64,000 nt of DNA from Styela clava (Eukaryota). Shown here piece after piece: positions 23,675 through 34,949 of the stretch (positions within the stretch are counted from its first letter, which is position 1; the number at the start of each line of letters is the position of its first letter). The notes under the pieces are model-generated. The model worked only from the letters and a program-made list of their open reading frames with translations, had not been told where the DNA came from and made no database searches. A program made the position numbers and the translations under genes. The stretch lies in contig NC_135253.1 in assembly GCF_964204865.1 (NCBI RefSeq), positions 17,050,001-17,114,000 of the forward strand, read 5' to 3'.

Positions 23675-25282
23675 ATGGATCAACCTTCTTCAAAAACTGA
23701 AAAAGAGGCGTTTGTCAGTGGATTGACAGGAACGAGTTATTGGGAAGTGAGCCTGCTTACAAATTTTTCAATACTACTTTTCGGAGTTCGTGCATTTGTA
23801 ATAGCAGTTTTTCCGAGCACATTTGTACAGTCACAATGGAAGCGCTTTGTTTTAGAATGGTCTATCATGATATTTCCTATAATCCTGATTACAACATTAC
23901 TTTCTAATGAAGTAGCTCTAGTTTTCTTCACTACGCTTTTTGTGGTCATCTTCAGCATTTTAACTCTGCCATCTACAAAGGCAAAAGTGGAAAAACAACA
24001 GGTGAATGTGTCTGATTTAAGCCAGGCAAAAATGGAGGAAATACTAAAAGAAAATCATGAATTATCTGATGATGATGATTGTATAGAAACAGAAGAAATC
24101 AAAAAACAAGAATCAATTTATACATCCTCCATAATCCCTCGGAATCGTATGCCATTGCTTTCCTTGTTCCGTGGAATGACTATGGTTATTAGTTGCATTG
24201 CTATCTTAGCAGTAGATTTTCACATTTTTCCCAGAAGATTTGCAAAAGCTGAAGTGTATGGTACAGGTCTCATGGACACTGGAGTTGGCTTTTTCATTGT
24301 TTCAAATGGCATTGTTAGCCCAGAAGCGAGGGGAAAGTATCGTTACTGTAACACCCTTATGGATAAGCTTGAAAATATGAGAAAAGCAGTGATTTCATCA
24401 TGGCCATTATGGATGATTGGCTTTTGTAGGATAATATTTATTAAATTACTTGGATACCAGGAACATGTTTCAGAATATGGTGTTCACTGGAATTTTTTCT
24501 TCACTATTGCAGTTGTGAAAGTTTTGTCGACATTCATACTTTCATTCATAAGTATTACATACTGTATTCCATTTTCTATGTCATGTATTATGTTGTACCA
24601 ATATTTATTATCCTATTCTCCCATTAATCTAACTTCTATAATTTTAAATGAAGATAGGAATGGGTTTTTAATGGCTAATAAAGAAGGCATATGCTCGTGT
24701 ATTGGTTTCCTATCACTGTATTTTGCTTCTGTTCAAATTGGCGTTTTCTTATTTCAAGGAAATAGAACCAACGTTGTGTCGTGGTTTATTGTCTGTGTCA
24801 AATCCTTACTGATTGATATTATATTATGGACTTTGACAATGCTATCTTCCGACTATGTGCAACCTGTATCACGTAGGTTTGCAAATCTCGCTTATGTCTT
24901 ATGGATATTAGCTCTTTGCTTCCAGTTTGCAGTAATTAGTCTTTTGCTTAATTTTTTCTTCATTGTTTGTATAAATTGGAACAAATTGCCAGTCGAATCT
25001 ATGCCAGGACAGTGGGTTCTGTTAGAGAAGAAAAATCTTGGAAAAGCAAATGTTAAATATGATCCTCCAACTCCACCATTTTGTTTGATAACAGCTGTAA
25101 ACAGGAATCTATTTGTGTTTTTCTTAACATCTAATATTTGCACAGGTTCAATTAATTTTATATTTGATACTATGAGATTGCCTGACGAGTATGCTTTGAT
25201 TATCTTATCTGTGTACACATTTGTCAATCTACTTTTTATATGGATTTTACATACAAAGCAAATCAACCTGAAATTTTGGTGA
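23675..25282 (+). CDS. PIGW: GPI inositol acyltransferase (GWT1 family), intronless
   Basis: KEAFVSGLTGTS, AILAVDFHIFPRRFAKAEVYGTGLMDTGVG, YQEHVSEYGVHWNFFFT, ANKEGI, VSRRFANLAYVLW and terminal LKFW. ATG at 23675 follows acceptor aaatag at 23635. Confidence 0.96.
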   Translation: MDQPSSKTEKEAFVSGLTGTSYWEVSLLTNFSILLFGVRAFVIAVFPSTFVQSQWKRFVLEWSIMIFPIILITTLLSNEVALVFFTTLFVVIFSILTLPSTKAKVEKQQVNVSDLSQAKMEEILKENHELSDDDDCIETEEIKKQESIYTSSIIPRNRMPLLSLFRGMTMVISCIAILAVDFHIFPRRFAKAEVYGTGLMDTGVGFFIVSNGIVSPEARGKYRYCNTLMDKLENMRKAVISSWPLWMIGFCRIIFIKLLGYQEHVSEYGVHWNFFFTIAVVKVLSTFILSFISITYCIPFSMSCIMLYQYLLSYSPINLTSIILNEDRNGFLMANKEGICSCIGFLSLYFASVQIGVFLFQGNRTNVVSWFIVCVKSLLIDIILWTLTMLSSDYVQPVSRRFANLAYVLWILALCFQFAVISLLLNFFFIVCINWNKLPVESMPGQWVLLEKKNLGKANVKYDPPTPPFCLITAVNRNLFVFFLTSNICTGSINFIFDTMRLPDEYALIILSVYTFVNLLFIWILHTKQINLKFW

Positions 25283-25988
25283 TTTTTGCAAGTTTGCTTG
25301 GAAAGTTGATATGCTCATGTGCAGTTCATTTTATATTGCAATATGTGCCTTGCATGTGATTTTTTTACCAACATCTCTAGACTCTAGTATGACATTCCAC
25401 CGAGATAGCATACCAGGCATTTAATTGTCATAAATGGCATAGGGCTGTTACCTATGTTAATTCCATTAGATTGATATTTTCTTAGGGTTTGGACAATGTG
25501 TTTTGTTCAAAAGATCATTACTGTCATCAATACTGTTAAATTTGTAGGCATTGTTTGTGTGCATCCTGTAGAGTTATGTCCATTACAAATCACTCAGTGA
25601 AATATTAGCAAAGGCTCTATCTTGTTATTGGCCTATTGCTAATTATCTGATCTGTTTTCTTCAGCACTGTTTATCTTGGATTAGGATAAGTTAAGTTGTA
25701 TTATTGCCCTACCTAATCAAACAAAACAGATTAGTAATTAGTGGCGATGCAATAACAAGGGTAGTCCATTTACAAGAATCTGTGTCAACTTTTATACTTA
25801 TATTATAATGTTGAATCTATTTTCTTAGTTTTATACATGTTTATGTTTGATAAAACATCTATGTGATTGGCCAAACACAATCTATTGTTCAAACAAAATC
25901 TTTCAACTTGTAGTTCATTTAATGTTTATTAATCGGAATATTATGTTTTTTATTCTTGTTTTTAGTCTACCTCTACTAATTCACCAGA

Positions 25989-26813
25989 ATGGTATCTTCG
26001 AACAGTGGTTATCTGCTCATAGAGATTTGCATTCGGTCAGTATTGGTCATCACATTCTTAGCGTCAGAAAGATTTCACCCGTTCGAGAGGATAATTCAAC
26101 CGGAAGAATGGTGGTTGTATAAGAACCCAATAGCAGAACATGAAGTTTGCAATACAATGACTTTATTCCTTCTTTCAATTTTTACTCCAATTGTTACGAT
26201 TTTCTTAGTGAACTATTGCAGTAAAAAGAGAAGACATCTTACTCCCGCGATAATCGCTGTAACATTGGCACTTTGTATAAATGGTAATTTAACAAATATT
26301 ATCAAACTGATGGTAGGTAGACCAAGGCCTGACTTTTTCTTTCGATGTTTTCCTAATGGCAAAGTGCCAAACGGGCAACCATCAACTTATGACTTAAAAT
26401 GCACAGGAGATGAAGGATTTATAGCAGGTGGAAGGAAGAGTTTTCCGAGTGGACACAGTTCATTTGCTTTCACAGGATTGGGATTTTCTTCTATTTATTT
26501 AGCTGGACACTTCCGCTGCTTCAGTGTTAAAGGTCGTGGAAGTTCATGGAGATTGATTTTATCTTTGGTTCCAATTACTTTTGCAGCGATGATTGCCATC
26601 AGCAGAACAAGTGATTATAGGCATCATTGGCAAGATGTTGTAGTAGGATCTATCCTTGGATTACTCGTATCATATGTTTGTTATCGTCAACATTATCCTG
26701 AACTATCACATGAGGAGAGTGATGTTCCTTATATGAGAACTGATCCTAGTGAAATGACACACTCACAATCATCAGGAAGGCTTCAGAATGTTTATGTTAA
26801 ACGAGATATTTGA
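25989..26813 (+). CDS. PLPP5: Phospholipid phosphatase PLPP4/PLPP5 (PPAPDC1)-like PAP2 enzyme, intronless
   Basis: PFERIIQPEEWWLYKNP; PAP2 motifs KLMVGRPRPDF, SFPSGHSS and SRTSDYRHHWQDV. Probably co-orthologous to PLPP4 and PLPP5. Confidence 0.9.
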   Translation: MVSSNSGYLLIEICIRSVLVITFLASERFHPFERIIQPEEWWLYKNPIAEHEVCNTMTLFLLSIFTPIVTIFLVNYCSKKRRHLTPAIIAVTLALCINGNLTNIIKLMVGRPRPDFFFRCFPNGKVPNGQPSTYDLKCTGDEGFIAGGRKSFPSGHSSFAFTGLGFSSIYLAGHFRCFSVKGRGSSWRLILSLVPITFAAMIAISRTSDYRHHWQDVVVGSILGLLVSYVCYRQHYPELSHEESDVPYMRTDPSEMTHSQSSGRLQNVYVKRDI

Positions 26814-28100
26814 TTATTGCTTGTGATGAAAAATCATGTGAGAACTTGTACTTGGTATATTCCAAGGGAACTAAATTTATCATAATATTGAGACAAAGAT
26901 ATTATAGTAGTGTGATTAACTAGTTTGTGGATGACAAAATGCAGCTAGAAAAATTAAAGTAAATATCTTTTGAATGTTATTCTCTCTTGCATCATAATTA
27001 CAATTGGTCTCATAATACATATTTAAGGTCATTTAAAAATATACAATTATGTAGTCTGGGTCCCTCAACCTGGGCATGTTGATTTAGTGGATTTATTATT
27101 GATGAGATTTGTCATCACAGCATTTCATAGCATGTACAAACCAACATTTTCAGTCAAGTACCGGTTGGTGTTATTTCATTGGCTTATTCTCATCCTTGAC
27201 AATAAAAACATCAGTAGTTGTAAAACATTTAATGGCAATGTCATATTTTTGGGAATGATAATCATAATGTCTTCGAAAACTCTTTAAGCTAGCTCCACTG
27301 CTTTTTGACCAAAAATGTGCAAAGACATGTATTTGTTTTTCTGTACCCATATTTTTTGCAATTCAATTGTTGGATTCAATATATTCTATTTGTAACTAAC
27401 GATTCATCCTATTTTCCTGTCTTCCAATCCTTGTTTAGCTGTCATTCAGCACTTTCCTGAAGATTGATTGTAAATAAACATTCCATGACCATGCAGCCTA
27501 ATATATAATATGGTAAATACAGTCATTGTATATAAATACAATATTTTGGGATATATTTAACTTTTGTTATTTATTTTCGCCTTTCTGATATTTATTAAAG
27601 CTATAGACATATTGTGTATTTAGCTGTGTTGAAAAGAACTATCGTATATGCTGTTGTTACATGTATATTTTATTTACTAGTTCAAATTTTATTGCTTTGG
27701 TGATGAGGACGTTTTGATAATAAGTATCTTTACTGTTATGTATCATTATATACCGCTATAAACGGGCATTTCTGGCTAAGCATATATTTATATAGAGCCC
27801 ATTTCATGTAGGTGCCGCCTGGAAATCTTTTCTCAGTGTTGATTCTACGTTCAGTTGGGGACCCGAGACCGTCTTTAAAAAATTTATATCAAAATATATG
27901 TGTCTGTAAAAAATTTCAGAAATAATATGTTATTGGTGCTTGGTTATTTTATTGTTTTTGACGGATGCAATATATAATATGTATTATATTTATGGTGATA
28001 ATTATGTAGAGAAGATCTTCAAATTTTTGTTTTGTGTTTGAAGGCAACACCATTTTATAACTGTTAAAATGATTTTACTTATTAATTTTTGATCTGAAAG

Positions 28101-30270
28101 ATGGAGTCTGACAGCCACAGTGATGCAGATTGCGTTGACCTCAGTGAAGCAAATCCTGAGGAACATATGGTATGGTGATTGGTGAGCATTTATTGCGTTT
28201 ATTAAGTTAAATTCAATACTTTGAATTTCATGATTTAATTCATTTGTGTACCTTTTATAGTTTCTCTATCTATTGTATACCCTATTTGAATCTAATTAGA
28301 GGATGAGTTGGGCTTTGCTCAAATGGAACTCACACGCAAATATCAGTAAGAAATGTGACCCAAGTTTATAACTCTTAAAATAAGCAATTAATGCATTAAG
28401 CATTAATTACTAGTTTATGCAATATGGCTTTCAGCAGCCTTTGGTCAAATGCCTATACAATGTAAAAAATTGATAAAAATTTTATCGTGTTAAATCAAAG
28501 ATTTGCTTGAAATATAAGAAATGACAATACCGTATCTTGTCTGTTAATTTTTATACTGTACATTTTATTCAGATACCTGAATATGACCATTTTGATACAG
28601 AACATGATATAGTTATCGAGTCGCTGCCTGACGAAATAAAATATTCTGAATGGAACAAACTTGAGGTAGTATTATTTACGAAATGTCATGAATCTGTATT
28701 GAGATTTATCCTGCAGTGTTTTTTATAATCAAAATTTGAATCAAACTGAACTATTCATCAAAATATATATAACCTATATTGTGTATACATAAAATTGTGT
28801 ATAAAATAATAAAGATGGTATGGTATAATAATGGTAAAGATCAAATTGCCATTTATGTAACTGATTTAGATTCTGGGTGAAATCATACTGCTTTGTGCAG
28901 AAATACTCAAATAACAAATTGACAGTTAACTTGAATGACTGTAGAGCAAAGTCAAACATGGGTTCATTGACCCAAAATTTCTTTTCACTACTTTTCAAGT
29001 TGCAGGAAACTGGCACATAGTTGAAGGCTTGGGTAATAAAAAATTATGTACATCGTTTCAGAGAGTATCTCAGGAGATTGGAGCATCATTTGGGAAAACA
29101 AATTTGCTGAAGTTGTTAAGACAAAAGCTGTTGGAACATAAATGGGGTGATGCAACATTGATAATGGAGGGAATTGCTTCCCAGCCATTGGGCAGAAGTG
29201 CTCATGTTTTCGATATCTTCAGAAACGTCGGTAATGAGGTGATTTTTAACCACCCTGTAGGTAAATATGAGACGGACTTGGTTACTCGGCACAAACAAGC
29301 CCAAAAAGTTCATGGGTCGTTCTCAAATCCTGTGCACATACTTTATGAATATGTTTTATACCTCATGGTAAAGAAAGACTTTCAATCTGCTAAGGAAGCT
29401 CTGGCATTTTTTCAAAGTTCATTCAAAAGTTATCATTGTTCTCGTGTAACAATAGAAAATTGGATGGACTTTTGGTCTCCCGTTTTAGAAGGCTATCTTG
29501 GAATGTTAGATTTTTTGTCATGGAAGGAAATGGGAAGCAACTTGCAAAGTACTTTCCTGTTGACGGAGAATGACCAAGAGCAATCTGTCAGAACACTCAC
29601 TGCTGAAAGGGCTATTCAACGATTTGAAATAACACTACAATCTCCTGGTGTATGGGATATGTTTATTCAAAAATATGTTACAATGCTTGAGGATATGGGT
29701 CGCATTGAAGCGGCAGAAGAGGTCTTGCGATCTAATTCATGTAATAATCCAGAGAATCCGAATGCTCACAAATACTGGTATGAGTTTTTACTACGTCATT
29801 CTAAGATCGATATAACCACTGAAAATAAAATTGAATCTTTGACGAGGCTGCGAGGTGTAGCTTCATCTGATATCTACATGATTGATTTACATTGTTTAAA
29901 AATGAATCATGCCCTTACCAATTTTGACGAAAAGGTCAAATTTGTGACTGAAGTATCTCTTGCTCATAGTATCCTGATGGATATGCTCGATTATGAAGAC
30001 TTAATGAATGATGAAAAAGCATGGGGTGCACTTGCTAAAAGCTTACGGACAGTGAAAGATTTGAAGAGTGATGCATTCAAAAAGATGTTGCAGGATTTAT
30101 GGTATACATCAAAACGACACATTTGGTGGCCTAAATATCACTTTACAAAGTTTAGAGCTAATCAAGCATTGAATTCGAGCTCGTCCTTAGCCATGTCCAA
30201 ATCATATGTAGCTTCCTTACTTGTTGGGAAAAAATGTGAATTTTGTAACATCATAAAGGCACAATTATAA
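28101..30270 (+). CDS. TAF1A: SL1 subunit TAF1A (TAFI48); exons 28101-28169, 28573-28665, 28945-30270 (~495 aa)
   Basis: PGVWDMFIQKYVTMLE..AEEVL..PENPNAHKYWYEFL and SKRHIWWPKYHF resemble TAF1A. Phase-0 GT-AG junctions join the three exons in frame. Confidence 0.82.
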
Positions 30271-30335
30271 TATTATGATTTAGTATCTGTTACAATCTGA
30301 GGACAGCATATATCTTGTTTATTTTGCCTATCCCA

Positions 30336-30679
30336 GGGTCATCCTAAAAATTGTATATATTTAAGCTTTTCAGGAACGCACTAGAAAATGGCGTTGTCTG
30401 CCCTGTACAATGCAAAACGCGTAAGTGTATATACCGAACGGGACCTATTGTTTTGTCTTAAGGCATGAAATTAAATTATTAAACATAGCCACGACTTTCA
30501 GCGCATGGGGTCATCCTAAAAATTGTATATATTTAAGCTTTTCAGGAACGCACTAGAAAATGGCGTTGTCTGCCCTGTACAATGCAAAACGCGGAAGTGT
30601 ATATACCGAACGGGACCTATTGTTTTGTCTTAAGGCATGAAATTAAATTATTAAACATAGCCACGACTTTCAGCGCATG
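30336..30679 (+). repeat. Near-perfect tandem duplication, 172 bp x2
   Basis: 30336-30507 and 30508-30679 are identical except for one visible substitution (GCGTAAG/GCGGAAG). Confidence 0.95.
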
Positions 30680-30689
30680 TTGCTAACTG

Positions 30690-31295
30690 TTGGCGACCAG
30701 CTTGCCATCGCACACTTGCTTACCCTACAAGAGTTCTTAGTTTCGATGTGAAAATATGTGCGATGGATGCGCTCCTCGTCGTGGTAGGGTGGTTCAGGTA
30801 AAAAGAAGAGCACTCCCGTAGTATATGTACCAGGTTGGATTAGGTCATAATTTTATTCCGATTTTTCTCATTTTAGTTCTATTACGAGTTCGGGGACTGT
30901 CTGTGTTAGTCAAGTGAATGTACCCCTGCCCATAGGCTTCTTGCACAACTTGACTGCCGTACGTCACAACTCGGCGCGCTCGAGAAGCTTCTTTTCCTCC
31001 GCCTATTAATATGCTTACATTCAACGGGTGCTCTCGCCCGAACTCGGGTTGGTTGTGTATCGCGGATGTAAAGTGAGCGAACAAAATTAGTTACCTCCGT
31101 ATTGGTACACACACTTCTGAAGCGCTGAAAAAAGTACGGTTACCCATCGTGGCGCTCGTAACAAGGCGAGAGTCCTGGGTGTATACGACTGAGCGGTTTC
31201 CTCTTCTTTCCACACCCCCGAGAGGCTCTGCGGTTGGCGCATCCTGATACGCTTGCCATCGCACTTCTGGTTCCCAGTTTCGAATCTCGTGGATA
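30690..31295 (+). mobile_element. Degenerate tandem SINE-like copies interrupted by MITEs
   Basis: CTTGCCATCGCAC head repeated at ~30700 and ~31252, each followed by a B-box-like GTTTCGA(ATC). 30757-30797 resembles 44038-44080 (GGAT..CGTCGTGG..GGGTGGTTCA). Confidence 0.45.
30809..31126 (+). mobile_element. Family-A MITE carrying a ~112-bp internal insertion (30954-31065)
   Basis: Family-A body is split at CACAACTTGA^TGTAAAGT. TSD AAAAGAAG/GAAAAAAG (6/8). Confidence 0.85.
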
Positions 31296-31301
31296 AATGT
31301 G

Positions 31302-31396
31302 GGACCTCTGAAGTATGCGCCATCAAGATGGCGCACAACCTGAACGGTTGGGGGTTCAGGTTATGCGATACTTGGTGCGCATACTTCAGGAGCACC
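31302..31396. mobile_element. Family-B 95-bp fold-back MITE (Merlin-like)
   Basis: Almost fully palindromic GAAGTATGCGC..CAAGA..AACCTGAAC / GTTCAGGTT..CTTGGTGCGCATACTTC. TSD TAAATGTG/TAAATATG (7/8). Confidence 0.85.
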
Positions 31397-31851
31397 TAAA
31401 TATGGATATGGAAATTCTAAGTGTGAAAATGCTACTCTGTGGCATCTTGTTCGAGCCCAGTAATATTAATAGTGCAGCTAACCAGTTTAATATGCGGGCG
31501 TGGCCAAGAAATGATTGCAACCCAGAGACGTCGAGGATTCTAGGAATCTTATTCGGGCCGCCGACTTCCACCTCTATCTTGCTTTTCAAATTGTGATGAG
31601 ATATAAGCATGCCCCGTGTCAACGTAAGTCTACAAAACACATCTAATCTTCAAAAAATAAAATTATTGATATACATGCAGAAGTACAGCCAATTAAATGT
31701 AAAATTCCATTCTGTAATTGATTAGTGTTAGATCCAGGATGACTCGAAATAGAAAGCAGGTTCCGTTGAAAACTAAAAACAATATAAATAAAATTTGCTT
31801 ACAAATTAAACATTACATAGTGTTCCATTCATTTATTACCTATTCACTCAC

Positions 31852-34202
31852 CAATAAGAGAAAACGATATTCTATCCATTCGTGTCTGATATCTCATAGT
31901 CGTGTAAACGAATCCCGCGATCGAAAGCATGAAGGCGATGACGTGAATAACCTGCAAATAAGAATCATATACCCGCATCAGGACCGGAAAGTAGAAGAAA
32001 TCAATCGAAAATTTGAGATGAAAATAAGCTCAATGAACTCCGCGTTGTGCATTTATCCGCATATCAGTTTTTTACAAGAGTGCCAAGAAAGTGAGCGATC
32101 ATATTGGTCCGAAATTCGTCCAGGCAACCGGGACGTTATCTATCTTTTCATCGGAACTTACAATTACAACACGTAGCTGTATGATGATAACGACTGTGCA
32201 TATGAATAAAAAATACCAACAAGAACAACAACATAATAACCAAACGATCCATAGGTACAAGTCGTTTCCAGTAAAAAATAACCTCCTTGGACAGATTAAA
32301 AGCTGGTATGGAATTTGATTAATTCAGGACTAGCTTCATATTTCTCATCCACGAAGACGAAATGTTTTTACTTGTTTATTTTATTCATATTTAATAAAAC
32401 GGGCTTTGCTCGTGTTTACGTGTTTCCACTGTTCCCTACAAATTTTTTTGCCACGTAGATTAGCGCCTCATCCGTCAACTGTTGTCTACGGAATTTTTTG
32501 AGCGAAAATTTTCCCCAGGAGTAAATTTGGCTCCATTCATAATCAACGTAACAGGCGATAAAATAAATCACAAAAACTGATATGTGAAGCACGAACGCTT
32601 CTAATTCTGTTATAACTACTTCAAAATTTTGATTCAAGCTCAAGCCCTTTCTTTAGCGAATTTGCATAAAATAAAGATACAGTAATCACAAAATGCCAAG
32701 CATAATACCAGGTAAATATCAACGTAAATAGTGAGGGTTTATATAAAACGCCGAATACACTTATGGTTATGGAGGAATTCATTCTCGCTCCAAAATCATA
32801 TAAAGACGACGAGAAGTTTAAAATAAACTGCTGAGATTATATCACATTTATTGGTCACAAGACGCCAAAATCTGACATTGCACACGACAGACAATCCTTA
32901 GAATATTACCCAATTTAAAAAAATTAAAACACGTATTGAGAATGATTCGAATGTAGGCAAATAAAGATTCATCATTGAATGACTGTTTCAGAAGTTAGGC
33001 GCATCATAGTAGACGTTGGGTCATGTTGCAACTGATTACAGGGGGCGGGGGATGATTACGTGCGAATAGATTGCCGAACTCCTCGCAGGTTGCGGTTACA
33101 GATTTTTCCACCTAAAAGTATCTCTAAATGGTTAATCCTATAACCAGGGATTCCATACCGTCCTTATTTCTAAGATTTGTCCTTATTTTTGACTTTTTTT
33201 AGCTTGCGTCCTTATTTTTGACTTGCGTGTCCTTATTTTTTCTTATTTGGACTTCATGAAGGAAGCTTTGTGTTGTTTGTTTTACCGCCAAAGTTTTATT
33301 GTGGGTTGTGGCATCATAAAAGCAACACAATCTTATTTGGAACACAAAGAAGCAAGGCACAGATAGGCATGAAGCATTGTTAGTGTGGCGATCCTTAGGT
33401 TTTGTCGTGGTGGTGGTTATTTTAGCCTAAATGTAAAATGAGCAAATGAAAGAACTTTTTTCGTGATAAGTACGGGAAAGAATTCAAAGTTAAACGAAGC
33501 TTGAAGGGTGAGTGCTCCACACACTCTGACGCCTGTAATTGTGACATTAACCTGTAGCCCATAGGAAAGCCAGCTACTTCTGCTCACAATGCAGAGATTT
33601 TTCCAGTCATCCTTATTTTGGGTTCCAGATCGATGGAATCCCTGCCTATGACCGACATGCATGAGCGCTTTTACTGGTTTTTCCCTCGCCCATGGCTAAT
33701 TCAAAAAATCATCAGTAAATGTAATGTTGAATATAAATGGAGGGGAAAACAGTAACTTTTAACTCTATTTTTGGAATGACTGGGCAGGTTAAACTATATA
33801 TCTGACGCAACACCTGTTAAAGTTACACCGACGAAGATTTTTAAAACGTTATCGTATTGCGATGCTAGCTTATATCATCCGAGACGTTAATCGATTCAAG
33901 CGCAAGTAACATTTTGGTAGACAATGGATGGATGGCCAGCTGCAAGCGACAGTGTCTGTTTCAAAATTAGCTAGTACCGGTGCAACGCCTATGAACTTAC
34001 CAAAGTGATATAAGTGAAAGATTGCGTTGTATTGAGCGGCGTTTCCATAATCGTGTAGTTGATGAAGTCGTTGAGAAGCCCCGCAAATAAAATAACTCCG
34101 AGGAAGGCGGCGATTCCGAGATAGAATTCATTCTGACGTATCCAGCGACTGGTTCCTTGTGTGAGATGCCTTTTCGCATATTTCGGACGAAATCTGGCCA
34201 TT
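31852..34202 (-). CDS. Uncharacterised spliced multi-pass membrane protein gene (or pseudogene); exons approx 34202-34001, 33111-33060?, 32607-32420, 32285-32162, 31951-31852, possibly more to ~31400
   Basis: ATG-initiated MARFRPKY..LGIAAFLGVILFAGLL ends at donor ttg|gtaagt. Three downstream hydrophobic exons join in frame through GT-AG introns that remove the stop codons. No family recognised. Confidence 0.5.
33145..33644. mobile_element. hAT-type MITE (500 bp)
   Basis: TIR CAGGGATTCCAT..ATGGAATCCCTG; TSD CCTATAAC/CCTATGAC; subterminal TCCTTATTT repeats. Confidence 0.88.
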
Positions 34203-34569
34203 CCATTCTCGACAGAATGAAATACACAACCCCAGCACAGAGTCAACCCGCTTGAAGCGGCCCCAGCTGGATTGATACTTATCGGAATCCGGTTCAGTAC
34301 AAGATTTTGCAAATTTAGTATTTCATATGTGCTTGTGGCGTCATAAAGAACTGATATGTTAGTAATATATGTTGCCAGATATTGCAATATGAAACTACAT
34401 CCATTTGTACCATTTTACCAATATCGACAATTCAACATAAAATATAAATACGTTATAATAAATTTGCAATATTCAACCGTACGAGAGAACGAGACGGCTT
34501 AGATATATGGGCGAGCCACCGCCTCAATTACGTTTACAAAAAAAAAAACAGATAAACATCAGCTAGCTA

Positions 34570-34949
34570 CCGTGTTTCCCCGAAAATAAGACCTACCCTG
34601 AAAATAAGACCTAGTCAGAATTTTAAAAATGATTTTAATATATGCCCTCCCGTAAAATAAGACCTAGTCAATAGCGCGTAATTTTTTTTTTACCCGTCCG
34701 ATAGCAAGAAATCTCTTTTCTATACATTTTAAATGATCAATAATCTATGTTTTGCAAATATTTTGAATAAAAACGTGTTATTTATAAGTAAATTTTCTGA
34801 TTTTGTATATTCGAAAATCTCGTAATTCTCTACTTTTTAATTTTGTTTTTGATAAATGAAAATATAAGACATCCCCCGAAATAAGCCCTAGTGTTATTTG
34901 TTGGGGAAAAAAATAAATAAGACTCAGTCTTATTTTCGGGGAAACACGG
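34570..34949. mobile_element. Tc1/pogo-like MITE, copy 1
   Basis: Perfect TIR CCGTGTTTCCCCGAAAATAAGAC..GTCTTATTTTCGGGGAAACACGG, flanked by TA. Confidence 0.92.

Noticed and set aside
2805-26813. Functional isoprenoid/lipid cluster (FNTB, PIGW, PLPP)
   Set aside because: The genes are interspersed with unrelated housekeeping genes; proximity is the only evidence.
31153-31165. TCGTAACAAGG, matching the SSU rRNA 3' conserved motif
   Set aside because: Only 11 nt match and the flanks do not resemble rRNA.
30845-31596. Several overlapping ORFs resembling those at 47722-48178 and 52802-53026
   Set aside because: Chance translations of family-A/B MITE sequence; their similarity is explained by the repeats.
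31952-32161. In-frame TGA/TAA stops in a protein-like minus-strand frame, suggesting recoding, a NUMT or a pseudogene
   Set aside because: The stops fall inside a canonical phase-0 GT-AG intron. A TAA is also present, and there is no mitochondrial-gene similarity.
31718-32318. Plus-strand ORFs of 152 and 75 aa
   Set aside because: Antisense shadows of the hydrophobic minus-strand exons, with non-ATG starts.
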